Source: Dehalococcoidia bacterium (GTDB taxonomy: Bacteria; Chloroflexota; Dehalococcoidia; SpSt-223). From it: a stretch of 64,000 nucleotides of DNA. The position numbers and the translations under genes were made by a program. A model generated the notes under the pieces. The model was not told where the DNA came from. It searched no databases and saw nothing but the letters and a program-made list of their open reading frames with translations. This document shows, one piece after another, positions 44,936 through 53,360 of the stretch (the first letter of the stretch is position 1; each line of letters starts with the position of its first letter). The DNA is taken from positions 3,370 through 67,369 of the forward strand of contig JAXLWW010000019.1 in assembly GCA_046328265.1 (NCBI GenBank), read 5' to 3'.

Positions 44936-46084
44936 CTATCCGTAACGGGGAGGCTTCGTGTATTGCAGTTGGACGAGCACCTTGCGAAGTCGGTCGAGGT
45001 CGTCGAGCACCTCCCCAGTGCCTTTGACCACACACGACAATGGATCGTCGGCGACGTAGACGCGGAACTTCGTTTCGTGGGTCAGTCGTTGGTCCAGGCC
45101 GCGCAGGAGCGCTCCGCCGCCAGCAAGGGCAATCCCAAATTCCATCAGGTCGGTAATCAATTCGGGCGGTGTGATCTCGATGGTCGTTTTGACCGCATCG
45201 ACGATCGCGTTGACCGAATTGGTAATCGCCTCGCGCACCTCGACACTGCTGAGGGTGATCTGCTTGGGCAGTCCGGTGACGACGTCCCGACCCTTCAAGC
45301 TGACTTCGATTTCCTCGTCGAGCGGATAGGCCGACGCCGCCTCAATCTTGATGTGTTCGGCGGTGCGCTCGCCGATCAGAATATTGTGCTTCTGACGAGC
45401 GTAGGTGATGATCTCCTGGTCCATTTCGTCCCCAGCGATCCGGATCGACCTGCTGGCAACGATACCGCCAAGCGAGATCACCGCCACCTCGGTGGTCCCG
45501 CCGCCAATGTCGACGATCATCGACCCGGCCGGCTCCATTACCGGCTGACCAGCGCCAATCGCCGCCGCCATCGGCTCTTCGATGATGTACGCTTCGCGCG
45601 CGCCAGCGTTGAGCGCCGCATCATGGACGGCCCGTTTTTCGACCTCGGTGACGCCGCTGGGGATCCCAATCACCACCCGGGGCTTGGGTACCATAAAGCT
45701 GGTCTTCTCGTGGACCTTGGTGATGAAGTACTGGAGCATCCGCTCGGTCGTCTCGAAATCGGAGATGACGCCGTCGCGCAAGGGGCGGATCGCAACGATG
45801 CTGGCGGGTGTGCGGCCGACCATCCGTTTCGCTTCGGCGCCAACTGCCTGGACCCGGCGGTTCTTCTTGTCATAGGCGACCACCGACGGCTCGTTAATCA
45901 CCACTCCCTTGCCTTTGACGAGGACAAGTGTATTGGCGGTCCCGAGGTCGATTCCGATGTCGTGGGAGAAAAAGCCGAGCAGGCTATTGATCGGGCTGAA
46001 CACCAGATGCGCCCCGGACCCAGCAGTACGTCCCAGGGACGACGGCCCGCTTTCTCGACCGGTCGCCGGGCGGGAGTATACCAC
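44936..46084 (-). CDS. mreB: Rod shape-determining actin homologue MreB
   Basis: Contains DIGIDLGTANTLV...DIGGGTTEVAV. The true start may be the GTG at 46003 (VFSPINSLLGFFSHDIGIDLG), which matches the usual N-terminal length. Confidence 0.95.
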   Translation of the reverse strand: MVYSRPATGRESGPSSLGRTAGSGAHLVFSPINSLLGFFSHDIGIDLGTANTLVLVKGKGVVINEPSVVAYDKKNRRVQAVGAEAKRMVGRTPASIVAIRPLRDGVISDFETTERMLQYFITKVHEKTSFMVPKPRVVIGIPSGVTEVEKRAVHDAALNAGAREAYIIEEPMAAAIGAGQPVMEPAGSMIVDIGGGTTEVAVISLGGIVASRSIRIAGDEMDQEIITYARQKHNILIGERTAEHIKIEAASAYPLDEEIEVSLKGRDVVTGLPKQITLSSVEVREAITNSVNAIVDAVKTTIEITPPELITDLMEFGIALAGGGALLRGLDQRLTHETKFRVYVADDPLSCVVKGTGEVLDDLDRLRKVLVQLQYTKPPRYG

Positions 46085-46219
46085 AAGCCCGCTCGTGCCA
46101 GCCTGGCCGCTTGGAGCGATCCCTCAGGCGCGGACGTCGCCCTTTTCGGGGTTTCCCTGATACGGACCGCCCGTTTCACTTCCTAGGATCACCTCAGTTC
46201 TTCCTGGAGGTCCTGGCCT

Positions 46220-47458
46220 GTGCGTCGCTGGCTCCTGCCTCTCGTCGCCGGCGTGTCGATCCTCACTTCGCCGGTGGTCGCGCCGGTTGCCACCGCCAAC
46301 GGTGTCGGCACGATCTATGTAACCCACGGCGCTGACAATCTCGTCAGTGTCTTGTCCGGCGCCGTCGGCGAAGTCCTTTCGTCAATCGATGTCGGCGCTG
46401 AGCCACGCGCGGTGGTCTACTCAGGCGACGGCCGTTTTGCGTACGTCGCCAATCGTGGGTCGAACACCGTCTCGGTGATCGAAGCGCCGATCGATTCGGT
46501 GGTCAAGACCTATCCGGTTGGCGGGCCGCCCGGCGCGCTCGTGCTCGATCCGACCAATCGCTACCTCTACATCGCCAGCCCGACAAGCAACCAGGTCAAT
46601 GTAATGGACACGGCAACCGGCGCACGCGTCGGGTCGCTCACCACCCACGCTCCGCCCGCTGGGGTCGCCCTGGCCCTCGGCGGCTCCCGGCTCGTCGTCA
46701 CGGTGCCGTCCGAACGCTCGCTGGCACTGTTCGACATTTCCGGCCGGATTGTCTCGACGGTCGTCGTCGGAGACGGAGCCGGTCCGGTCGTCGTTGCGCC
46801 ATCCTCAAATCTTGCTTTCGTTGCCAACGTCGAGAGCAACAGCGTCACGATGGTCGACGTGCTCCGGCGCGAGGCGCTTGCATCAATTGCGGTTGGCCAG
46901 AGCCCATCTGCCCTGGCCGTGGCGCCCGATAGCCGGACGCTCTTTGTCGCCAACGCCGGCAACAACACCATCTCGTTTGTCGACATCGAGGCGGCTCGGG
47001 TGCGGTCGACTCTTGCGGTCGGGCGAGGGCCAAACGCGCTTGCGCTTTCGCCAGATGGCAAGACCCTCTATGTCGTCAATGGCCGTGATGCCACCGTCGC
47101 GGTAATCGACCCGGTCAGCGAGTTGGTGCAAAAGGTCATCAAGGTGAAGGACGACCCGAATGGGATCGCGATTTCGCCGCTTCAGCCGAACCTGTTACCT
47201 GGCGGCCTACCCGGCGTCACTCAGCCAGGCGGTGCGCCGCCCACCTCGGTCACATCGGATTCGCCCCGCCCCGGCGCGACACCGTCGACAGAGCTTCCTG
47301 CCCCGGCGCCGCCTCCCGCGATCGCTCCGCGGCCGCCGGTTCCCGCCGGGCTTCCCCGCACCGGCGATGGCTCCTCCGCCAGAGGAGGAACGACAGTCGG
47401 CCTTGTCTTGGCGGCAATCGGGCTGGTGGCACTGCTGCGGGTTGGAATTCGCCGGTGA
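46220..47458 (+). CDS. LPXTG-anchored YVTN-family beta-propeller repeat protein
   Basis: Signal peptide, then at least 6 repeats of the type YV(A/T)N.G.N.VSVID. A Pro-rich stalk leads to LPRTGDGS, a TM helix and RVGIRR. Confidence 0.8.
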   Translation: MRRWLLPLVAGVSILTSPVVAPVATANGVGTIYVTHGADNLVSVLSGAVGEVLSSIDVGAEPRAVVYSGDGRFAYVANRGSNTVSVIEAPIDSVVKTYPVGGPPGALVLDPTNRYLYIASPTSNQVNVMDTATGARVGSLTTHAPPAGVALALGGSRLVVTVPSERSLALFDISGRIVSTVVVGDGAGPVVVAPSSNLAFVANVESNSVTMVDVLRREALASIAVGQSPSALAVAPDSRTLFVANAGNNTISFVDIEAARVRSTLAVGRGPNALALSPDGKTLYVVNGRDATVAVIDPVSELVQKVIKVKDDPNGIAISPLQPNLLPGGLPGVTQPGGAPPTSVTSDSPRPGATPSTELPAPAPPPAIAPRPPVPAGLPRTGDGSSARGGTTVGLVLAAIGLVALLRVGIRR

Positions 47459-48291
47459 ACGGTGACCGGCTAGGCCAGACGCGGCCTTGTGAATATCTTG
47501 GCAACGAGGACGATCGCTGGGCGCGCAGTTCGATCCCGTGGCCAGGCCATCGTTGCCATGTCGGCGGCAAGCCCGGCGAGATCGCGAGAGTTCAGCAGGG
47601 GCTATTCTGCCTCACCAGTAACCATGCAAACTGCCCGTCCTTCGTGCTTGCCAAGGGCCTTCTCGATGCGGCCGAGGCGGAACTTCCCCCGCCGCCACTC
47701 TCCGCCCCACCACGCCGGACCCTTCGCTCGCTGCTGCCCGGCAGCGGCGCCCTGATCCGGATTGGTCTCATCGCTTCGATAGTCCTGTTTGTGATTGCTC
47801 TAGATGGCAGCATCCTTCGGCCATTCGGGCAGACGGCGGCGCGCTCGGCATCGGTATCTACTCCCGCCTCAACGGTGACGACCTACACGCTTTTTCCGCC
47901 GACCCGCACGCCACCGCAAGCACCGGCGCCGATCTCGACGCCGAGCCCACCGCTTCCAACCCCGACCATCATCCCACCCACTCCCGCGCCCCGATTTGAC
48001 CCGCCACCGGCGGACGGTCAGGCGAGAATCGCGATGGTGCCGGGGTCGGGCCCGCGCGGGAGCCGGGTAACGGTCACCGGCACCGGTTGGTCGCCGCAAG
48101 CGGAACTGGCGGTTCGCTGGGGCCGTGCCGCAAGCGAGGAGGGCGTTGTGGAACTCGTCCGAACGCGAACCGGGGAGACGGGATCGTTCACCGGCAGCGT
48201 CCTCTTGCCACGCGACCTTGGCGGCACGATCTGGGTCAGCATTCGCCAAGGAGATCGCGCGGCGTACGTACCTTTCTCGGTGGCGGACTAG
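47455..48291 (+). CDS. Single-pass membrane protein with an N-terminal Cys/His motif domain and a C-terminal beta-rich ectodomain
   Basis: The GTG start overlaps the upstream stop (GTGA). The N-terminus is RPCEYLGNEDDRW...PGHRCHVGG...GLFCLTSNHANCPSF. A TM helix (LIRIGLIASIVLFVIAL) and a Pro/Thr linker follow, then a terminal domain of about 85 aa. Confidence 0.65.
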   Translation: MNGDRLGQTRPCEYLGNEDDRWARSSIPWPGHRCHVGGKPGEIARVQQGLFCLTSNHANCPSFVLAKGLLDAAEAELPPPPLSAPPRRTLRSLLPGSGALIRIGLIASIVLFVIALDGSILRPFGQTAARSASVSTPASTVTTYTLFPPTRTPPQAPAPISTPSPPLPTPTIIPPTPAPRFDPPPADGQARIAMVPGSGPRGSRVTVTGTGWSPQAELAVRWGRAASEEGVVELVRTRTGETGSFTGSVLLPRDLGGTIWVSIRQGDRAAYVPFSVAD

Positions 48292-48912
48292 GTGAAACGG
48301 CGCGCGTTTCTCGGCCTGGCCGGTTTGTTCTTGTTGCCGGCATGTGACGACTCGCCGGTGATCGCACGCCCATCTGCGACACCGACCGCCACTACCCAGC
48401 CCACCGCCGTGCCCGCTCAGTTGATCCCCACCGTGGCGAGACGCCAACCGGCGATCGCACCGGTTTATCTGCCACCGGTACGTCTGCGGATGCCACGAAT
48501 CGGCGTCGATACGCCGGTCAAAGAGGTGGGCCTAGACACGGCCGGCGAGTTGGTCGTGCCGACCACCGGAGAGTACGCCGTCTGGTATGGAGGCAGTCCG
48601 CCGCCGGGACTAACCGGCAACGCCATCTTGGCTGGCCACGTCGACTGGGGCGGCAAGATCGCCGTATTCTTTCGGCTCAAGGAACTCGGACCAGGTGACC
48701 AGATCGAGACGGTCGCGGCCGATGGCGCACTGCGCCGCTTCGTCGTGACCTCGAACACGGCCTACGAGCCCGCGAAGGCACCGCTCGATCGGATCTATGG
48801 CCCAACCAGTCACCCGGCGGTCACGCTGATCACCTGTGGCGGTGTCTTCTTGAGCGACCGACGCGATTACTCGCTTCGGATCGTGGTGCGCGGCGAACTC
48901 ACCGACCGCTAG
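48292..48912 (+). CDS. Sortase (class E/F-like)
   Basis: The GTG lies immediately after the upstream TAG. A lipoprotein-like N-terminus is followed by the catalytic His (NAILAGHVDW), Cys (VTLITCGG) and Arg (LRIVVRG). Confidence 0.85.
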   Translation: MKRRAFLGLAGLFLLPACDDSPVIARPSATPTATTQPTAVPAQLIPTVARRQPAIAPVYLPPVRLRMPRIGVDTPVKEVGLDTAGELVVPTTGEYAVWYGGSPPPGLTGNAILAGHVDWGGKIAVFFRLKELGPGDQIETVAADGALRRFVVTSNTAYEPAKAPLDRIYGPTSHPAVTLITCGGVFLSDRRDYSLRIVVRGELTDR

Positions 48913-48967
48913 GGCGTACGGCCTTAAACCGCGAAGAGATTCTCGCTCGACCGCGTCGGCAGCTTCT

Positions 48968-48996
48968 TTGCTCGGGCGCAAGGGGTTCGATATACT
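48968..48996 (+). promoter_or_regulatory. Putative sigma-70 promoter (TTGCTC-N17-TATACT) of the response regulator gene
   Basis: The -35 lies at 48968-73 and the -10 at 48991-96, 27 nt upstream of the ATG at 49024. Confidence 0.5.
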
Positions 48997-49023
48997 AGCC
49001 GCCAGCTTGGGAATGGACGGGCT

Positions 49024-49713
49024 ATGAGCACGGAACAGCGGAAGATCCGCGTGCTGCTGGTTGACGATCACACGCTCGTTCGCCAAGGACTGCGCCAACT
49101 CCTCGAGATCGAGCCAGATCTCGAGGTGATCGGCGAGGCCGCCGATGGCGCTGAAGTCAACGACCGGGTTCGAGAGTTCCACCCCGATGTCATCTTGATG
49201 GACATCAACATGCCGATTGTCGACGGTGTCGCCGCCACCCGGCAGGTCCTCAAGGAGTTTCCCGATGTCGGGATCATCATGCTCAGCATGTACCGCCAGG
49301 ATCAGTATGTCTTCGAAGCGGTGCGCGCCGGAGCCCGCGGCTATCTCCTCAAGAGCGCCCGCTCGACCGAGGTAATCGCGGCAATCCGCGCCGTCGCGAA
49401 TGGCGCAGCGTTGATCGACCCGACGATCGCCGGCAATTTGCTCAAGGAGTTTCAGCGGTTGGCGCCGGGGGGAACGAGTTCGTCGGGCGCCCGCCTTGAG
49501 CAACTGACCGAGCGCGAAACAGACATCTTGCGACTCCTTTCGACCGGGGCGTCAAACAAGGAGATCGCTTCGACGCTGTATCTCTCTGAGAAGACTGTCA
49601 AGAACTACCTCAGCACGATCTTCAAGAAACTCCAACTCAACGACCGGGTTCAGGCCGCCACCTATGCTGTCCGCCAGGGAATCACCCCACAGCGACAGGC
49701 GGACGACCTCTAA
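49024..49713 (+). CDS. NarL/LuxR-family two-component response regulator (no adjacent kinase)
   Basis: Receiver domain (VLLVDDHTLVRQGL...DVILMDINMP) plus a C-terminal LuxR HTH (LTERETDILRLLSTGASNKEIASTLYLSEKTVKNYLSTIFKKL). Confidence 0.9.
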   Translation: MSTEQRKIRVLLVDDHTLVRQGLRQLLEIEPDLEVIGEAADGAEVNDRVREFHPDVILMDINMPIVDGVAATRQVLKEFPDVGIIMLSMYRQDQYVFEAVRAGARGYLLKSARSTEVIAAIRAVANGAALIDPTIAGNLLKEFQRLAPGGTSSSGARLEQLTERETDILRLLSTGASNKEIASTLYLSEKTVKNYLSTIFKKLQLNDRVQAATYAVRQGITPQRQADDL

Positions 49714-49789
49714 CCGGAACCTCATGACGTCCTGCGACGTATCATTCAACGACATGGCGCAGCGCGCCGACGTATGAGGGGGACAGATC

Positions 49790-50506
49790 ATGGCTGGCTA
49801 TAGCTCGATCCTCGATCGGGTCAGTCTGCTGGTCTCGGCAAATATCAATGCCCTGCTGGACAAGGCGCTCAGCCTGAACCGGCTGGCCGTCTTCGACGAA
49901 TACATCAACCGGATGGGTGAAGCCCTGGAGTCTCTCCAGACCGCCGAGGGGATCGAGCGAGGTCGGACGCGCACGTTGATGCGGCAACTCGAGGAGACCG
50001 AAGCCGAGACGACCCGCCTGGACGACGATGTCGATCGCCTGTTGCAAAAGGGCGAGCGGGGTCTGGCCGCGGCGCGCCAGGCGGTGCTCAACACCAAACT
50101 CGGTTTGCTCGAGGACGTTCGCGAGAACCTCCAACAGTCGCAACTCGAAGCCCAGAAGTTGGGCGACGCCAAGGGTAAGCTGCAAGCTCAGATCGAAGTC
50201 ACGAAGGCGCGCCGTCAGGAACTGGTGTCGCTTATTGAGCAGAAGCGGGCGAGCGACCTGCGGCTCCGCGCTCAGGAAGGCGTCCGCGATATTGGCGACA
50301 AGACCAAGACCGATGCGCTGGTCGAGCGAGCCCGCCAGGAATTGGATGTCGCTCAGGGCAAGGAGGAGGCGGCGCGCGACAGCTTGGAAGCTCGGATCGA
50401 TGAAGTTCTCGGCGCCGACGAGATCGAGGGCCAATTGGCCGCCCGCGAGACGCGCCTTGGCTTGGCCTCCGGTGACACGCGGCAGCTACCCGAAGGTTCT
50501 CGCTAA
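49790..50506 (+). CDS. pspA: PspA/IM30 (phage-shock protein A / LiaH-like) family protein
   Basis: The N-terminus MAGYSSILDRVSLLVSANINALLDKA matches the family N-terminus. The 238 aa are almost entirely heptad-like helix. GAGGGGG precedes the ATG. Confidence 0.8.
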   Translation: MAGYSSILDRVSLLVSANINALLDKALSLNRLAVFDEYINRMGEALESLQTAEGIERGRTRTLMRQLEETEAETTRLDDDVDRLLQKGERGLAAARQAVLNTKLGLLEDVRENLQQSQLEAQKLGDAKGKLQAQIEVTKARRQELVSLIEQKRASDLRLRAQEGVRDIGDKTKTDALVERARQELDVAQGKEEAARDSLEARIDEVLGADEIEGQLAARETRLGLASGDTRQLPEGSR

Positions 50507-50530
50507 GCCACCTCTCACGAAAGGAGCGCC

Positions 50531-51700
50531 ATGCGCGCCCCCACTCGGCTGCTGATCGCGCTGCTGTTCGGCGGTCTCTTGATCGTCGGCGCGATGGTCG
50601 CCGTCTTCTTCTTGGTCGATCGCCCACGAAACAGCGGGCCGGTTACTGTCCGCGTCGTGACTGCCCTGCCGGCTGAACCCTGGGTGAGCGCCGCGGCTCA
50701 CAGCTACAACGCGACCAAGCCGACCATCGACGGCGCTCCCGTCACGGTTGAAGTTGTCCCGATGGACGGGGTCTCGGCGCTTGGCCGTTGGTCAAAGGGC
50801 GACTGGGACCGAGTACCGACCGCCTGGCTGGCCGAGACCCGCGATTGGGTCGGTCAGGCCAACGTTGCCGTCTCCGAGCGTATCGGTCGTGACGTCTTCC
50901 TGCCCGGCGGCGAGTATCGCGATCAGCCGGTCGCGCTATCGCCGGAAGTCTGGGCAATCTTCGAATCACGCTACAAAGTGCTCAATGCTCGGTACGGCCA
51001 GGACGGTGATGTCGATTGGCAGGATGTGCACGATGCCGCCGTCAGCCGGAACTGGCCGGCGATTGGTGGGCAAAGCGAGTGGGGCCGCTTCAAGCTCGTC
51101 ATTCCCCATCCAAAGCGTGACCCGGCTGGTCTGGCCGCGATGGTCGCTGCCGCCGGTGCCTATTACGGCAAGTCGAGTGTCTCGACCGACGACCTGAAGA
51201 ACCCGCAGTTTCAGGCCTGGCTGCGCGAAACCCTTGATTCGGTGGTCGACTTCAGTCCATTTGGCGTGGAGAACATGCTGCTGTTCGGCTATTCCAACGG
51301 CGATGCCGGCCAGGTCATCGAAAGCTACCTGCTCACCAACATGGAGGGATTGCAGCGCCGTTGGAAGGAGCCGTTGGTCATCCTCTATCCGGACCCGATC
51401 ACCTGGTTTGACTTCCCATTCGCCATCTACATGGGGCCGGAAACGCCTGCTGCCGAGAAGAATGCCGCGCTCGACTTCAAGCGCTACCTCTTGAGCACCG
51501 AGCAGCAACAAAACGCCCTGCGCTATGGTCTGCGTCCTGCGAACCCGGATGTTCCAACCAACGTCGAAGGAAGTCTGCTTACTCGCTGGAGCGCAATGGG
51601 TTTCCGCGACCAGGTGCCGAGCGCTTCCCGCATGAGACCGGCCTCGCGCAGCGGCCTGACTGAATTGCTCAATTGGTTCGTCAAGACGTACGAGCAGTAG
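50531..51700 (+). CDS. N-terminally anchored extracytoplasmic protein, solute-binding-protein-like; paralogue of the N-terminal part of the next gene
   Basis: TM helix (LLIALLFGGLLIVGAMVAVFFLV). By eye, blocks align with 51702..53360, for example FKLVIPHPKRDPAGLAAMVAAAGAYYG with FRWSHPSSASASGLLAVTAEFYAG, and PLVILYPDPITWFDFPFAI...RYGLRPAN with KLVAVYPAEGSLWLDHPLAL...DEGYRPAD. Confidence 0.65.
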   Translation: MRAPTRLLIALLFGGLLIVGAMVAVFFLVDRPRNSGPVTVRVVTALPAEPWVSAAAHSYNATKPTIDGAPVTVEVVPMDGVSALGRWSKGDWDRVPTAWLAETRDWVGQANVAVSERIGRDVFLPGGEYRDQPVALSPEVWAIFESRYKVLNARYGQDGDVDWQDVHDAAVSRNWPAIGGQSEWGRFKLVIPHPKRDPAGLAAMVAAAGAYYGKSSVSTDDLKNPQFQAWLRETLDSVVDFSPFGVENMLLFGYSNGDAGQVIESYLLTNMEGLQRRWKEPLVILYPDPITWFDFPFAIYMGPETPAAEKNAALDFKRYLLSTEQQQNALRYGLRPANPDVPTNVEGSLLTRWSAMGFRDQVPSASRMRPASRSGLTELLNWFVKTYEQ

Positions 51701-51701
51701 C

Positions 51702-53360
51702 ATGCGAAGCATCCGCTGGATTGTCATCGGGGTTCTCGCCTGCAATGCCATCATGTTCTGCGGTGGGTTGGCGGCGATCTTGCTGTTGCCATCGCCGGAA
51801 CAGCGAGGGGATGATCCGAACGTGCTGCGCGTCGCCTATTCGCCCGAGAAGGAGACGCTCTTTCGCGCTCTCGCCGACGGCTTCAATCGCTCTGGCTCAC
51901 GGTTCCGGGTCGAGGCGGTTAAGCTCGATCCCGAGGAGTTGGTCGAACAGGCAACCTCCGGACGCCTCGCGGCCGTTTCACCAGATTCGGCGATCTGGCT
52001 CGACCAAATCGACCGGGCCTGGCAGGCGAAGAACCTCGACTCGGCGGGTCTGACCAGCGCTTTGGCGCGCTACGCGGTCTCGCCGATCGTGATCGCGATG
52101 TGGGAGCCGACCGCTCGGGAATTCAACTATCCGCAGCGTCAAGTTGGCTGGGTCAGCGTGATGGACCGCGCGCTGCGCGATTCGGGCTTTCGTTGGAGCC
52201 ATCCCTCTTCTGCTTCGGCGAGTGGTTTGTTGGCGGTGACGGCGGAGTTTTACGCCGGCGCAGGTAGCCCACCACGTCTGAGCGTTCAGGACATCCAACG
52301 CCCCGAGACCCTCGACTACGTCCGTCAGATTCAGCGCACCGTCCAGCAGTATGGCGGTGAGACTGAGGATCAACTCGCGCAACGCCTGCTTTCGGGCGAG
52401 GGCCGGAATCTGGATGCCTTCGTTGTCCAAGAGCAGTTTGTCGTCATGTTCAACAGCCGCTCGCCTGCTGACAAACTGGTGGCGGTTTACCCGGCGGAAG
52501 GTAGCCTCTGGCTTGACCACCCGCTCGCGTTGCTCGAAGGGCCCTGGCTGACCGACCCTCAACGCCAGGCCTACCGTGCGTTTGTCGACTACCTTGCGAG
52601 GCCCGAGATCGGCCAACTCGTTCTCGACGAAGGCTATCGGCCAGCCGACTTGAAGGTGCCGATCGACGAGCGCACCTCGCCGATCCGTCGTGAGAACGGG
52701 GTCGACCCGGCCCAACCGTTCACCTCGCTCGTCCTTCCGTCGACGCCGGTGCTCGAACGGATCCGAGATTCGTGGGCGCTACTGAAGCGCCCGGCAAATA
52801 TCTACCTCATCGCCGACGTATCGGGAAGCATGCAGGGAGACCGGCTGACACGCGCCCGCGAAGCGCTGCTTTCCTTTATCGATCAAATCAAGGACGGGCG
52901 CGACCGGGTGGGACTGGCGACCTTCTCGACGGCGACGCGTGAGCAGGTTGGGCTTGACAGCCTTGACAAGAACCGCGCCGCGCTCGAGAGCGCAATCCGC
53001 GCGATGAGCGCCTCGGGAAACACCGCGCTCTATGACGCAATCGACTTTGGAGTGCAGCGAGTTGGCGACCTGAAAGAGAACGACCGGATCAACGTGGTCG
53101 TGGTGATGACCGACGGTGAGGAGAACGCCAGTCGGCGTGATCTGGTCGCCGGCCGGGGCGACCCAAGCCGAATCATTGCGGCGATTCAGGAGCACGCCCG
53201 CCGCAGCGGAACGCCGGTACTGGTCTTCACAATCGCCTATGGCGGCGAGGCCGAACTTGACGTGTTGCGCCGGATTGCCGAATCGGCCAACGGCCAGGCC
53301 TACCGCAGCGACCCGGAGACCATCCGCAAGCTCTATCGCACTCTGTCGCAGACGTTCTGA
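51702..53360 (+). CDS. N-terminally anchored solute-binding-like domain fused to a C-terminal von Willebrand factor A domain
   Basis: The start lies 1 nt after the upstream stop. The vWA domain has an intact MIDAS: IYLIADVSGSM (DxSxS)...SGNTALYDA...VVVMTDGEEN. Confidence 0.8.
   Translation: MRSIRWIVIGVLACNAIMFCGGLAAILLLPSPEQRGDDPNVLRVAYSPEKETLFRALADGFNRSGSRFRVEAVKLDPEELVEQATSGRLAAVSPDSAIWLDQIDRAWQAKNLDSAGLTSALARYAVSPIVIAMWEPTAREFNYPQRQVGWVSVMDRALRDSGFRWSHPSSASASGLLAVTAEFYAGAGSPPRLSVQDIQRPETLDYVRQIQRTVQQYGGETEDQLAQRLLSGEGRNLDAFVVQEQFVVMFNSRSPADKLVAVYPAEGSLWLDHPLALLEGPWLTDPQRQAYRAFVDYLARPEIGQLVLDEGYRPADLKVPIDERTSPIRRENGVDPAQPFTSLVLPSTPVLERIRDSWALLKRPANIYLIADVSGSMQGDRLTRAREALLSFIDQIKDGRDRVGLATFSTATREQVGLDSLDKNRAALESAIRAMSASGNTALYDAIDFGVQRVGDLKENDRINVVVVMTDGEENASRRDLVAGRGDPSRIIAAIQEHARRSGTPVLVFTIAYGGEAELDVLRRIAESANGQAYRSDPETIRKLYRTLSQTF

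Noticed and set aside
44963-46186. 407-aa plus-strand ORF
   Set aside because: It is exactly antisense to mreB, which is unambiguous. The composition is Arg/Asp/Gly-rich and not protein-like.
48610-49503. 297-aa minus-strand ORF
   Set aside because: It is antisense to the sortase 3' end and the response-regulator gene, both of which have clear catalytic or receiver motifs.
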